DNA of 64,000 bases from the human T2T-CHM13v2.0 reference genome, Homo sapiens. Positions 1 through 12,851 of this stretch are shown in pieces (within the stretch, counting starts at the first letter, position 1; every line of letters begins with the position of its first letter). Under the pieces are notes generated by a model. That model searched no databases, was not told the DNA's origin, and saw nothing but the letters and a program-made list of their open reading frames with translations. The position numbers and the translations under genes are program-made. The stretch is taken from NCBI RefSeq assembly GCF_009914755.1, contig NC_060934.1. The stretch is one strand, 5' to 3'.

Positions 1-2117
1 CATAACCAAGCAACAAAGATGAATATGACTTGCACTTATGAATTTTGCATAAGGAGGCTAGTTTCAAAGCCTAAAGAGGTTGTTATTATCATGGCTCCTG
101 ATTTTACTTACCTTGGAGCCAAGAACTAGAGCTCTAGCACAAATATAAGTGCAAAAATGCAAAGACAGTAAGATTGGGATGTGCCCTTCCTTATTTATTT
201 CTATGTTGATATTAACTGAAACCCTATAGTTCCAGAACCATCTTCCATGAACTTTTCCCCCATGCAAACTCAAGTTATGGTGATACACTACAAATGAAAT
301 AAAAAGCAAAATAAAGATTTAGAAAAGAGTAATACGAGCAATCACTTTGTATAAAAAGTTAACTGGCTAATTTCGTAAATGGTATTATGTGACTAAATTC
401 ATTATTTCAAATCCTATATTTGCAATTTCCTCCTAGATGTTAAGTACACTTGTAAAAATTAGTGGATAAAGTTTTTATCACTGTATTTTTAAAATAAATT
501 TATAAACATTGACATGATAGAATTATTCTTCCTTTATAAATTTTAATTGAATCAGAAACTTTTTTTACAACCCTATTCTATTAATATTCAAAATCATAAA
601 AACAAAAGATTTTATACCAACTTGCTGTTTTTCTTCATGGCATTTTCCTATAATTCAACAAAGGGCATGATAACGTAAGTTTCCTATTCCAAAACCCTAA
701 GTACCAAATATTGAAATCCAGAAAGTAGTGGATCAGATGGCCTTTACAAGTTTTAGTTTGGTAAAGAATCATCATCAAAACATAGGTTAAAGTGTTTTTA
801 AATGCCATTTAAAATGTTCAGAATCAATACAATGATTTATGCATAACTTTTAACTTTATGTGAGACAATATTCAAGGAAATTTCAAGTAGAATTTCAATT
901 CTTTGAGAATAAAGACATTAGCTGCCTATTTGTCACAGAAATATATTGTCTCTCTGAACAAGTCCATATCTGTTATATGTTTATGATTTAATAAGGATAA
1001 TTTTGACCAGATTTATTTGAAAATAAATAACATATATAAAAACAAACAATGCATCTCTCAGTGAATCAAACTCTAGTTTAATAAGAGAGACAGAGAGAGA
1101 GGAGAAAGAAAGAGAGGAGGACCAGCAAACATTTCTGAATGGTATTCAAGAGGCAGAAAAAGCAAAAACAAAAACAAAAAAAAACAAAATTAGTCAAATG
1201 AGGACATTTCAGTAAAGATAAATGCTAGAATAAATATTTATCAGATCCAAATATTGAAGTATTAACATAAAAAAGAAATCATGCAAATCAACATACAAAA
1301 GGACTCCGTTACAATTAATACTTCTACATACACACACAAACAAACACACATACCCCCACACACACCTCACCTTCCTATGCATCTATATAGAAACCAGTTT
1401 GAAAGAGCTATTAAAAAGCAAAATATCCCTTTTGTATAGTTCTTTTAAAGAAATACATATACACTTATCAAAAATTTTCAATCAATGAAAATTTATAATA
1501 ATATCAAACTGTACATTTCTAAGTTGCCTAGGACTGAAAAAGAGTTGAGTATGGATCCAGATTCGAGTATAATTACATTTATTTCATCTTTAAGTGACAC
1601 ATTATCTTATCCCACATATGCCAAATATATTAGAAATGTGTAAGCCTCCTATTTAAAAATCCCTTTGAGAGCCAGTCAGGCAAGGAGCCTCAAAGCTCCT
1701 TTCTGTTAGTGAGTTGGCCAGTGAAAAGTCATCACGCTTAAGAACAGTGCAATATTCTCACGAAAGCTTTAAGTTTTCTGATGTCAGAAGACTTGTAGCA
1801 TTCTGTGACAAGGGTTTTTTTCCTTGTGCCTAGACTTAATGTAGCAAGGACAAGCAGGCTTTTGAATGAGTGCTCCACTTTAAGCATTTGCCTGCTTGTG
1901 AGATTTATACTCGACTACAGTTTGGCTCCCTTCTAATGTGATTCCTGGGCTATATGCTTCTGCAAACTGACAGAAATCACAGGAGATGTGAAAAATGCAA
2001 CAATACTAAAAACAGATGTTGGTGTAAAATTCCAGGGCCATTTATTTGGTCATTTCGCTGTTTAATGTACAGTTTCTATGCTAAAAACAAAGGGTTGGTT
2101 TTTTCCTCTTAAAATAC

Positions 2118-2180
2118 CTAGAACCATGAAACATCTAGGCGAGGTGGAACAGGGAATTTATGGGATGCAGACTTGAAGAG
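2118..2180 (-). other. MPP7: Candidate cryptic/poison exon of MPP7 (adds SLQVCIP-stop after the 2811-2875 exon)
   Basis: Branch-like CTAAT (2216-2220), pyrimidine tract CTTTTCTTTATTTCCCACCACCCAG, donor TAG|GTATTT at 2117, in-frame TAA. A second strong acceptor lies at 2222-23. Confidence 0.45.
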
Positions 2181-2810
2181 CTGGGTGGTGGGAAATAAAG
2201 AAAAGCTGACAGAAGATTAGGCTGAAAGAGAAAAAAAAGTATTTAAATGCACACTAAGTTTTTCAGTAGTCATACGGTAGCCATCCTTTGTCTTTCTCTC
2301 ATTTTCTTTTAATCTAGTCTGGTAATAACTCCAAAGGGATAGGCTAAAGGTCAGAAGTATTATGATCTGGGGATAAGAAAGGAATTAAGAACAATTGGTC
2401 TTGAGCACAATTGCTTTTGTACCCAAGAAAATGGTAGATTTTTTTTCTCCCTAATCTTTACCAAGAAATACCTAACCCAAACTTCCTGGCTTTGAAGAAG
2501 GAAGAGCTGTATTTTAGGTGACATTTAATAAAATAACTATATTTGGAAATCAAAGACAGTAGTAGTAGTAGTCACTTTCTTAAAGAGTGAGTCATGGATT
2601 TATTATTAACAACCTCAACCACCCCTTTCCTCAAAAGATTCATGTTAATATTCCAAATATGAATCTCATATTTGTTTGTTCCTGAGAACTGATGATCCCA
2701 AAGTTATTGCTAGGGTAATAGGACCCTTTGTTCTGCCATGAGCACCTGCTTTAATAGTCAAAAATAAACATCAGGGTTTGGTTTCTCTGCATTCTTATTA
2801 ACAAACTTAC

Positions 2811-2875
2811 ATGATTTCCTGTTGGAAACTTTCAGGGGCTGAACCAATATTTCTGGTCGTCTCAAAGCCAATCTC
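2811..2875 (-). CDS. MPP7: MPP7 coding exon (probably exon 11): (R)RLALRRPEILVQPLKVSNRKS(S), start of HOOK region; 65 bp, phase 2-1
   Basis: Translated by hand. Acceptor ttctttctcccAG (ct 2876-77), donor GTAAGT (2805-2810); phase fits the upstream exon. Confidence 0.96.
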
Positions 2876-3353
2876 CTGGGAGAAAGAAGGTCAACATACC
2901 TATCAATTTTCAGCACAGGTCCGAGGTGAATACAATATCAAAATATTTAGTCTTAAGAAAAAACTTAAAGGTTAGAGAAAAAAATGAATGTAATGCAATA
3001 GATTCAAATTAAGAAACAAATCGCCCACTTTCAAATTTTTGTAAATTATCTTCCCTCCCTCCAAAACCACTGGTCTTTTTTTTTTCCACCTTTCATATCA
3101 ACATGGTTTCAAGATATTAATGTGCTATTTTCCATTTGCTTCATAACAAAAATCTAATATGACCCAGTACTGTCATATTATTTTTGGTCATTCATCATAC
3201 TTAGTTAGACAAAACAGAAATCCAAACCCACAGGATAAAAAATTCTAAGGCAAGGTTTTATAGCATATTTTATCACATCAATGCCAGAATGATATTTTGC
3301 AGAGAACAAAAGGTCAGCTGGAGAAAAGCCATTATTATGTACCAGCAGCTCAC

Positions 3354-3550
3354 CTTTCCTGGAAATGCTTTGAGGGGATCAAGCCTGCCCTGGGGTTGGC
3401 ATCAGCTTCGTGTTTCGCTTGCCACCAAGTTGCATCATCTTGGCTCATAATCTGAAGAATATCTCCCTTTTTGAAAGAAAGCCCAGCTTCCTTACATGGA
3501 ATTGCCTTATCCTCATTAGGATTATAGTCAAAGAGGGCTTTGATAAACAT
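3354..3550 (-). CDS. MPP7: MPP7 coding exon (probably exon 10): [19 protein letters not shown]...[24 protein letters not shown](R), SH3 domain; 197 bp, phase 0-2
   Basis: Overlaps ORF 3350..3568. MAGUK SH3 motifs ALFDY, WWQA and GLIPS. Acceptor ttcttccAG, donor GTGAG. Confidence 0.98.
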
Positions 3551-3753
3551 CTGGAAGAAAAGTTTCATTAAAGATGAATAAAGATAAAAAATAAATGTGA
3601 AATGGCCTATATTCTCCTAACTCCGACTCCAAACATAGTAATTTTAAAACTGGAATATTGAAAGAAATGTGTTGTGACAAAGTGGATATGTGTTGGATGG
3701 AAAAACATGACTTCCCTCCCACGCACGAAGAAATGTTTTTAAGCAATAATTAC

Positions 3754-3828
3754 CTTGCCTTCTTTTGATGGTGTCTCCTCTTTGCTGCCGGGTATAATCT
3801 TAAATGTAATTGCTCCCTGAGACTGAGC
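3754..3828 (-). CDS. MPP7: MPP7 coding exon (probably exon 9): [28 protein letters not shown] end and linker; 75 bp, phase 0-0
   Basis: Translated by hand. Acceptor ttaccAG (ct 3829-30), donor GTAATT (ac 3752-53). Confidence 0.97.
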
Positions 3829-4186
3829 CTGGTAACAGATAAAACAAGGAGTTATAAGAAAACCAGACCCAAGGAAGAATAAGGTAAAATAGGTAGAAAG
3901 TGAAATGCATCTGAAAATTTACAAGCTTGGGGCTTCTACTCTTAGATAGACTAAACGGAGGAAACTATTTTTGTAGAAATTCCTGTAATGTGAGAAAGAA
4001 AGCTCTGAAGTTTGTAGAATAAGTTAAAAAACATTAACTCCTAAATCCACTTTTACTTCCTGTGTACTTTTAAGCTGTCAAGTAAATACATTCCCATCCA
4101 AGTTTCTTCGAAATAGAAACACACAAAATATGCACAACACCTTAAATAAACACAGTATTCAATGACTAGAACAGATAATGTATAAA

Positions 4187-4442
4187 GGTCTGGGTGCAGT
4201 GGCTCGTGTCTGTAATTCCAGTGTTTTGGGAGGCAAGGTGGCAGGATCACCCAAGCCCAGGAGTTCAAGACCAGCAATATAGCAAAACCCCTGTCTCTAC
4301 AAAAAAAATTTTAAAAATTAGCCAAGCGTGGTGATGAAGCTAAGGCCTCTTGAGCCCAGGAGTTCAAGGCTGCGGTGAGCTGTGATCGCACCACTGCACT
4401 CCAGCCTAGGTGACAGAGCAAGAAGCTTTTTTTTTTTTTTTT
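4187..4442 (+). mobile_element. Old Alu (AluJ-like) with internal deletion, ending in a T16 run
   Basis: Alu left and right arm motifs; degenerate flanks ataatgtataaa / ataatgtacaa. Confidence 0.85.
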
Positions 4443-5469
4443 AAAGAATAATGTACAAGGTTCATACAGTTACATTTAAGTATCAGCATCCATGTTTTGG
4501 GGGACAAAACACCTATAATGTCAGTAGTGCAGTTACAAATACATGATTCAATTAGTGGCAATGCCCATCAGAAAAAAAAAATAAAGAACATTCATATCTA
4601 TTGTATTCTGGTGAGCGAGTAAAATATCCAACGTAATAGATTAATTGAAAGATGAAAAGACTGAGTATCTATTCTAACTTCATTAAAATAAGTACCAGCA
4701 CCCACAAGTTTTTGTTATCTCAGATAGGATTTCTCTTTAAATATAGTCTCATGTCATTCTCTGTCTCTCTCTTTTTACCATGTATTGTAGCCATATTTAA
4801 TTATTTATGCCATTATTTCATAAGATATGTTACTCCTGCTAATTTGTAAGCTCCATAAAAGCACTAAATACTTGGCACATTTGAAAGATATGAAAGGAAG
4901 GGGGGTAGGGCAAGACATATCTCTGAGTCTCACTATCTGTGGTGCACTGGTAAACCAGGACTCCATTTATTTAAAAAAAAAAAAAGGCTCTGATGTGTAC
5001 TGTCTGTCAATTTCCATGGTATAAATACTTTCACTATAGTCAATTTCAATTCACCAGCATGAAGTTGCTGAAAGCTGAGTTGGGAAATGGTGCATCACAC
5101 AGTCAGCTCTGGGCCGAGCCTTAAGAAGGCAGCTCTAGTGCAACACAGCAAGTTAAGTAAAATGGGATTCTGATAGTTTAAATAATAGAATTTTATAAAG
5201 GGTTGATTTATTTCAAAATGGTAATATCATTGCTATTGCTTATTGTAGAAGGCGCTCACAAATCTTATAAAGAATTCTCATACTGTAATACTGAATTACA
5301 TTGGTAGAGAGAAAACAAAAGTCTTTTCTATAATCTCCTCTTATTTTTCTAGTTTGTGTCTGTGTGTTTTTTTTTAAATGGATCTATGGTCCTTACAACA
5401 GTGTCATTTAATAAGGACTCAATTGTTATTACTATTACTGCTGAGCCATATAGGTCTATCTCTCGTGAT

Positions 5470-6480
5470 TGCCTCACAATAATCTAGCATATGGATGAAT
5501 GATTATTTGATCAACGCAACTTTCTTGGTAGTTTCCGAATATTTTTGAAAAATTTTGTTTATACACATTTACCAAATTATTGCTTGAGGATTAATTTCCA
5601 ACTAAAGGGTATGCACATTTAAAATTTTGATAGTTTCAGATCTCAAAAAGTTCTACTAATAATTTATCCCATCCCCAAATCATATAAATATACCTATTTT
5701 CCTATACCCTGACCAACTCTAGGCATTATCAAGCTTTCCAATCTCATATCCTGAAAATGCTTTGAGGGGATCAAGCCTGGCCTGGGCTTGGCATCACCTT
5801 CGTGTCTCCAGACATCTATGTTTTCTTTTGTAAAGTATTTGTCCATATGCACTGCTGATTTTTCTGTAAATGTTTTTCTTATTGATTTTTATCATCTCTA
5901 TATATTTTGAAACATTAGCCTTTTATTATATATACTGAAAATATTTTTCATACAATCTCATTTGTCTTTGATGTTTCTTTATGGCACCTTTTTTCTATAA
6001 AGAAAGTTTTGAATTCTAGTAGACACATCTGTTATTTTTCTATTTGACTTTCATATCAAGGTTAAAAAGTCTTTTTCTACCTTATAATTATAGAAATTGT
6101 ATATTACCTTTTATTGTGCAATTTTTGTTTTTTTTGCACTTATTTAATTTGTTGGGAATTTATTTTTATGTATTGTGTAAAACAAGGATTGACCTTATTT
6201 TTTCTGCGCCATTAACCTGATACCATCTATGAAATGTTCCACTGTTTTCCCACTGATTTAAAATGCCACCTTAACCATATACTAAATTTTCATATATACA
6301 GAGATCTGTTTTTGAGACACACTCAAACCTCTTCTAGTTGGTATAGGTTTCCAGTATGTTTTCACATATAAAAGAGAGTTTCCCTTCCTTTTATCTTACA
6401 AATGAACTTTAGAATTAATATTTCCAAGGCATAAAATAATTTTATTCAAGTGTCAGATTTCAAAAGACATCTAAATTAGT
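5470..6480 (-). mobile_element. Ancient L1M 3'-region fragment, host of the MPP7-derived insertion
   Basis: T-rich antisense L1M phrases such as 'gtccatatgcactgctgattttt' and 'ttttcccactgatttaaaatgccacc'. Boundaries approximate. Confidence 0.7.
5738..5805 (-). pseudogene. Intronic fragment copy of MPP7 coding sequence (3' end of the SH3 exon plus the first 8 nt of the next exon)
   Basis: 5749-5805 vs 3357-3413 matches 53/57 ungapped. 5738-5745 (ccaatctc) equals 2868-2875 in spliced register. Total 62/68 against the spliced mRNA. Confidence 0.9.
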
Positions 6481-6551
6481 TTGACTAATTTGTATTGCTA
6501 TGATCTATAGCATGGAATGTGACTGTGTCAATGGGAGGAAGACAAAGATAA

Positions 6552-6932
<381 letters not shown>

Positions 6933-6939
6933 TAAAACT

Positions 6940-7090
6940 CTTTATATATACTATCTCATTTAATCCTCAAAACACTCCAGATGGATAGTTACCTCTTATT
7001 CTCATTTTGCAAATGAAAACACTGAGGCATGAATAGATTAAGATATTTTCCAAGAACACACAGGGATTAAGTGTTCGAACCCTGCACTGC
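6940..7090 (-). mobile_element. MIR fragment
   Basis: 'ctcatttaatcctc...cattttgcaaatgaaaacactgaggca' is the antisense MIR core. Confidence 0.7.
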
Positions 7091-7160
7091 TTAATACAAA
7101 TCCTGTCTATGTCAAACCAAGTCTAAAAGTCTGAAATACAGTGATTCGATTTTATTTTTA

Positions 7161-7361
<201 letters not shown>

Positions 7362-7589
7362 TTAGGTTCCCTTAATACACTTAACGAATGGAAAGGAGAC
7401 CTTCACACATCTCAGGTTTCAGCCTCTATGCCTCTCCATAGCAGTGACTCAAAAACCACAACATAGTAATGCTGGCCAAGAAATGGTAACAGGAGCTTGG
7501 TCTTTGTCTAGAAATGCACATTACTGATATCTTATACTAATATACTAATAAAATAATTTTTATTTATCTTAAAGGCTGCATGCTCTTAG

Positions 7590-7943
<354 letters not shown>

Positions 7944-8120
7944 CACAAGTTTTAAGATAGCTTTGGATGCTTGTGTACAAGAAGACCATAGAGTAATGTT
8001 TATCTATCATTTATTTAAATAGGCTCTCACATTTCAACACAGAGAAAAATATCTTATTACTTGTTCTGCTGTATTAGATCCAAAGATGGTTATCCTCTTA
8101 GTTATCTACTGGAAATGCTA

Positions 8121-8255
<135 letters not shown>

Positions 8256-9817
8256 TTAAGACAAAAACAAAAAGCATTTGTGGGTAAATGTGTGTACTAG
8301 GTGTTAGAAAAGGAGGAAATAAGGACATTCATCTGAAAAAAGAGAAAACAACTACAAAAACGAAAAAAAAGAAATGAGGCAGGAAAAATAGACATCATGC
8401 CATTTGTCTTAGAATGTCTATTCTCATGACTAAATAGAGGAAATTCTATCTACATAGCATCAAAGGGTTTCAGCCCAATTTAAGGATTTTTGAAATCTTC
8501 AACCTCTTCAAAACTGTGTAAAATAAACATACCTTCTTTCCATTATAAAAATACCTTGTATTTCAATGCTGTTTGGTTTTTATCCTTTTAAAGCAATTCT
8601 TCATTCATTTCATCCTTATAGTACCGCATCAAGAAAGTGGAATAGTGACAATTACACTAATAGACAAAAGATTCTATATGTTAAAAAACTAAAACCCAGA
8701 TCATTTGACTTTTAGTTAGTTCAGTGATCCTTCTATCACCCTCAGTTATCATAGTAAAAAAATAAAAATTTAAAAATTAAAAAAAACTTGGGCGATAATT
8801 ATAAAGAAAAAGAAAAAAGTTAAAACCCAGAAATTAGTTATATTTGTTGCCTAAGTCTAAGACAAATGATTAGAAGAAAGAGCTCTTACTCCATGGTTTT
8901 AGTGAACTAGGATTGTAACTAGTACAAATAGAACTAAGTATTGGCATAAGATTAGGAAACAGTCTCAAAAAGAAGCCAAAAATTCTTCACTTACAGATAC
9001 TCAGAAGCAAATTAACTGCTGCCTTGTAAGAACAACAGGCACAAGTGGTTACTTTGAAAGCCTTTCCATGACTTTCCTTTTAAGAATCTGGCATTGGTTT
9101 TGCAAAGCCATCCAACATTGCATAATACTGCTAAAAAGGTATGCTTTTCAGTGGCAGCAGAATTAATCCAAAAGAAGTGAAATTTTTCTCCAGTTTGTCA
9201 ATAAACACATTTATATCATTAAAGAACAGATATGTAAACAAAGTAAAAGTCCATCTGTAATAAGTATCCTTTATCTATAACTATCAGATACATAGCCAAT
9301 AATAGTAAAAAAGTCAAAGAATTAAGTGACAGGCATTTTACGGCATTTTTCATCACCTGTGCATGTATTCAAGGCCAGAGACTTGAATGAGCATCTCTTC
9401 ATGGTCATAAAGCTTAGACTCACCAACTACTAGTATTTTCTGCTTTTATTTCAATTTCTAACTTGTTTCCAAAATGACTGGAAATGTAATATTCTCAATA
9501 TAACTAATTAGTTTGATTAAATCAACTTTCATTTTCCTTAATGACATGTCTCAAATTTTCCCACCAAATATGCCCAACGGCAGAAAAGCCTAGTAATCTA
9601 AGTTTACTTATCCATAGTTTCTGGATGATAAACTGAATATTAAATGGTCGTAATTTGTCTAAGATCAGATAACTAGTATATGGAAAAATCAGGACTTGTT
9701 TAAGGTAATCTGACCAGAGACACAATCATTCATCTCAATCATCATCCAATACTGCTTAACCTCTATCTTCCCATAACCTTTCGTTCATAAGTTCATTCTG
9801 TCTATGAGTTCATTACT

Positions 9818-10285
9818 CTTGGGGGAGATTGTCTCTAAAAGGGGGATCACCAATTCCTTCCCTCCTTGTATGTGCATGCCATATTCCCACATTAAGTGGT
9901 AAAAATGGTTTTGAGGCTTCAAAGGCTATAAGAAGATCTGTAGCTGCCACTTGGGCCTCTTGAAACACTTGCTCTATGCGAATCTCACTGCCATGTAAGA
10001 AATCATGACCACTGCTATGCTCTGAGGAATCCCAAGCTAGCCAAGTAAAGGTAACAATTAGAGAAAGAGACACTTGGCCAGCCCCCAACCTTCCAGCTCC
10101 AAGCCCAGGTAACAGTTGTGTAAATGAAGGAGCCCTCAGTTCACTCCAGCCACCACCATCTGACTGTATGTATGAGGAACTCCAAGTGAGAACCTCCCAG
10201 CTGAGCTCATCAACCCCCAAAATAATATTGTTTTCGCCACAACATACAGCCGTGGTTTGCAACATAGAATTAGTTAAGTGGAACC
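9818..10285 (+). mobile_element. MLT1-family (ERVL-MaLR) solo LTR
   Basis: Phrases 'gccatgtaaga', 'cccaagctagcc', 'cccagctgagctc' and a terminal 'gtggtttgcaaca' typical of MLT1. Confidence 0.6.
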
Positions 10286-10553
10286 AATCTCTCTCTGTAC
10301 TATGGACTGTACAGTTTTTCAGTATAGGGCTATCTAACCTGTTTGTTATACTTAATGCTAGTTCCTTTGACTTATTCTGTATTCAATGAAGTTGACCAAT
10401 GTTTATTGAGAACTTACTCTGTGCAAGGCACCGTTCTAAGGGCTTATAATAAACTGATGAAAAAGAAAAAAATGTCTGCTTTCTCATCCCAATGGGGGAG
10501 ACAAGACAATAAACAAGAGATGGAATAATTACATACATTATACAGTATGTTAG

Positions 10554-10916
10554 AGAGTTAGTCTGTTTTCATACTGCTAATAAAGACATGCCTGAGACTG
10601 GGCAATTTATGAAAGGAAGGTTTAATGGACTTATAGTTCCATGTGGCTGGGGAGGCCTCGCAATCATGGTGGAAGGCAAGGAGGAGCAAATCACATTTTA
10701 CATGGATGGCAGCAGGCAAACAGAGAGCTTGTGCAGGGAAACTCCCGTTTTTAAAACCATCAGATCTCGTGAGACTTATTCACTATCACAAGAACAGCAT
10801 GGGAAAGACCTGACCCGTGATTCAATTATCTCCCACCAGGTCCCTCCCACGACACGTGGTTATTATGGGAGCTACAAGATGAGGTTTGGGTGAGGACACA
10901 GAGCCGAACCCTATCA
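10554..10916 (-). mobile_element. THE1B-like solo LTR, same orientation as MPP7
   Basis: Reverse complement of the recalled THE1 consensus (catcagatctcgtgagacttattcactatc; ends ...ccctatca); about 360 bp. Confidence 0.9.
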
Positions 10917-11390
10917 GGTGGTAAACACTGTGGGGGTGTGAGGGGATGTAGGGCAGGAAATAGAAGACCAGGATGCCAGGGCAGGCGGAGGAAAGACAAT
11001 GTGAAGACACAGGACTCACTGAGAAGATGATGTCTGAGTGAATAAAGACTGGACGGAGGTGAAGAAGTTAGCCAATGGGAAGGAACAGAAGACACAGCCA
11101 GTGCAAAGGTGCCAAGGGGAAGGCTGTGAATAAAATGCTCAAGAGCGAGCAAGGCAGCCTGTGTGGCTGGAGCCCAGTAGCAGAGGAGCGGCAAGAGGAG
11201 ATGAGGTAAAGGCAGAAGGGAGTCAGCTTATGTGCTTTATGAGTCACTGTGAGGACACTGGGCTTTACTCTGAATGAAAGAGGGAACATGCAAGGTTGTG
11301 AACAGCAGGAGGGGCACAACCTAGGAGGACCACTCCACCCACTGTGCTAAGAGTGAAGGATGGCAAGGGCTAAAGCAATGAAATTAATGA

Positions 11391-11621
11391 GAGGTTAATC
11401 CCTTGTCTGAAATGCTTAGACCAGAAGTGTTTCAGATTCCAGATTTTCTTTTCAGATTTGGGCACATTTGCATTCTTATTGGTTGAGCATCCCAAATCCA
11501 AGAATATGAAATCTAAGAGTCTCCAATGACCATTTCCTTGGAGCTCATGTCTGCACTCAAAATGTTTCAGATTTTGGCACATTTTGGATTTCAGATCTTC
11601 AGATTTGGGATGCTCACTCTG
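11391..11621. mobile_element. Tigger4a/MER46A-like DNA transposon
   Basis: Repeated 'tttcagatt' units and inverted 'ggttgagcatccc' / 'gggatgctca'. Confidence 0.75.
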
Positions 11622-12657
11622 CACAGTAATTCAAGGGAAAGATGATGGTGGCATGGATCTGACTGGCAGGAGTAGAGGTGATGAAAGGGGATCTGGCTAT
11701 ATTATTGGTGGAGTCTAAAGGATTTCCCAACAGATTGCCTATGGAATGCAAAAGAAAGAGAGGGATTAAAGATAGGCTCAACTTCTTTTGGCTGAGCAGC
11801 TGGAAGGATGGAATTGCCATCAACTAAAAGGGGTTAAGACAAGGGTGGAACAGATTTGGGGACAAAGATCAGCAGTTTATTTTTGGATATGTGAAAATTG
11901 AGATGTCTATTAGACCTCCAAATGGAGATAACAAATAGACAGATGGATATACGAATTTAAAGATTAGAAGAAAAGACTGGAAGAGAAATAACCCTGGGAG
12001 TCTCTGGCACATAGACGCTTTTTAAAGCCATGGGCAGAATAAAATCACTTTTGGAATGTATAGATAATGCAAAGCACTCCAACGCATAAGGGTCTCATTA
12101 TAGACAGAGATAAGTGCCCTGATAGAATCTTCTTGCTATCCCCTGATTCTACTTTGCTTGGAGGGTAAACTACAGACTTGAAGAATAATCTCTCACTTTC
12201 TACATGATACTACCACTTGAATCAATCTTCACTTTGAACCCTTCATTCTTGAAGACTTCTATTTCCATATTGTTTTCCAAACCTCTCTTACCACAATTGT
12301 TTGATGTATTCCCAGTGCAATATATTTCCATGAAAATAAGATCAAATCTCAAAAACACAGAGCACATTACACGTGATACTGTACAAAAGTCATCAATCCT
12401 ATAGCATAGTCTGCCAACACAAAATAAATTAAAATTGGATCTAATATTTTAAAAATTACTTATTTTCCTACATAATTATTTTGAATTTATTCTATGTGAT
12501 TTTGTTTTAAAAACAGAGTATGGAGAATTTCAAGTTAGATTGAAAAAATAAATTCTGGTCAGATTTTTCTTAATTATTAATTCTGTAAAATGGTTTATAA
12601 AAGGGGACTGCTTACTGGGTTATCATGATTTCCTTAAACAAAAAATTTATCTCCTAT

Positions 12658-12764
12658 AGAATTGCTTGAATCCAGGAAGCGGAGGTTGCAGTGAGCCGAG
12701 ATCACGCCACTGCACTCCAGCCTGGGCAACAGAGTGAGACTCCGTCTCAAAAAAAAAAAAAAAA
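12658..12764 (+). mobile_element. 5'-truncated Alu (right-arm end plus A tail)
   Basis: agaattgcttgaa...gagactccgtctc(A)n. Confidence 0.9.
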
Positions 12765-12851
12765 TTTACTTTATTTATTTCCTATAAACTGCCGTATTGC
12801 AAGGTCTCCTCAAGTAGGTGGCACAGTGAATTTCAGATTGAGCCTTTGAAA

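Larger units (their letters stand above)
10385..12090 (-). mobile_element. L2 fragment interrupted by a THE1 LTR and a Tigger4a-like element
   Basis: 'tttattgagaacttactctgtgcaaggcaccgttcta' and purine-rich L2 body ('cagctggaaggatggaattgccat'). Confidence 0.7.

Noticed and set aside
2873-2878. NAGNAG (CAG GAG) tandem acceptor at the 2811-2875 exon
   Set aside because: A distal GAG is rarely used; nothing in the sequence supports use, and the effect would be loss of one Arg.
5738-5830. The exon-like copy as a functional duplicated or mutually exclusive exon
   Set aside because: On the sense strand it is preceded by purine-rich sequence with no pyrimidine tract, has no GT donor at the homologous position, and lies upstream of the wrong exon.
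9813-11823. Cluster of 65-150 aa ORFs
   Set aside because: They fall within MLT1, THE1, L2 and Tigger remnants, with no domain-like content or splice support.
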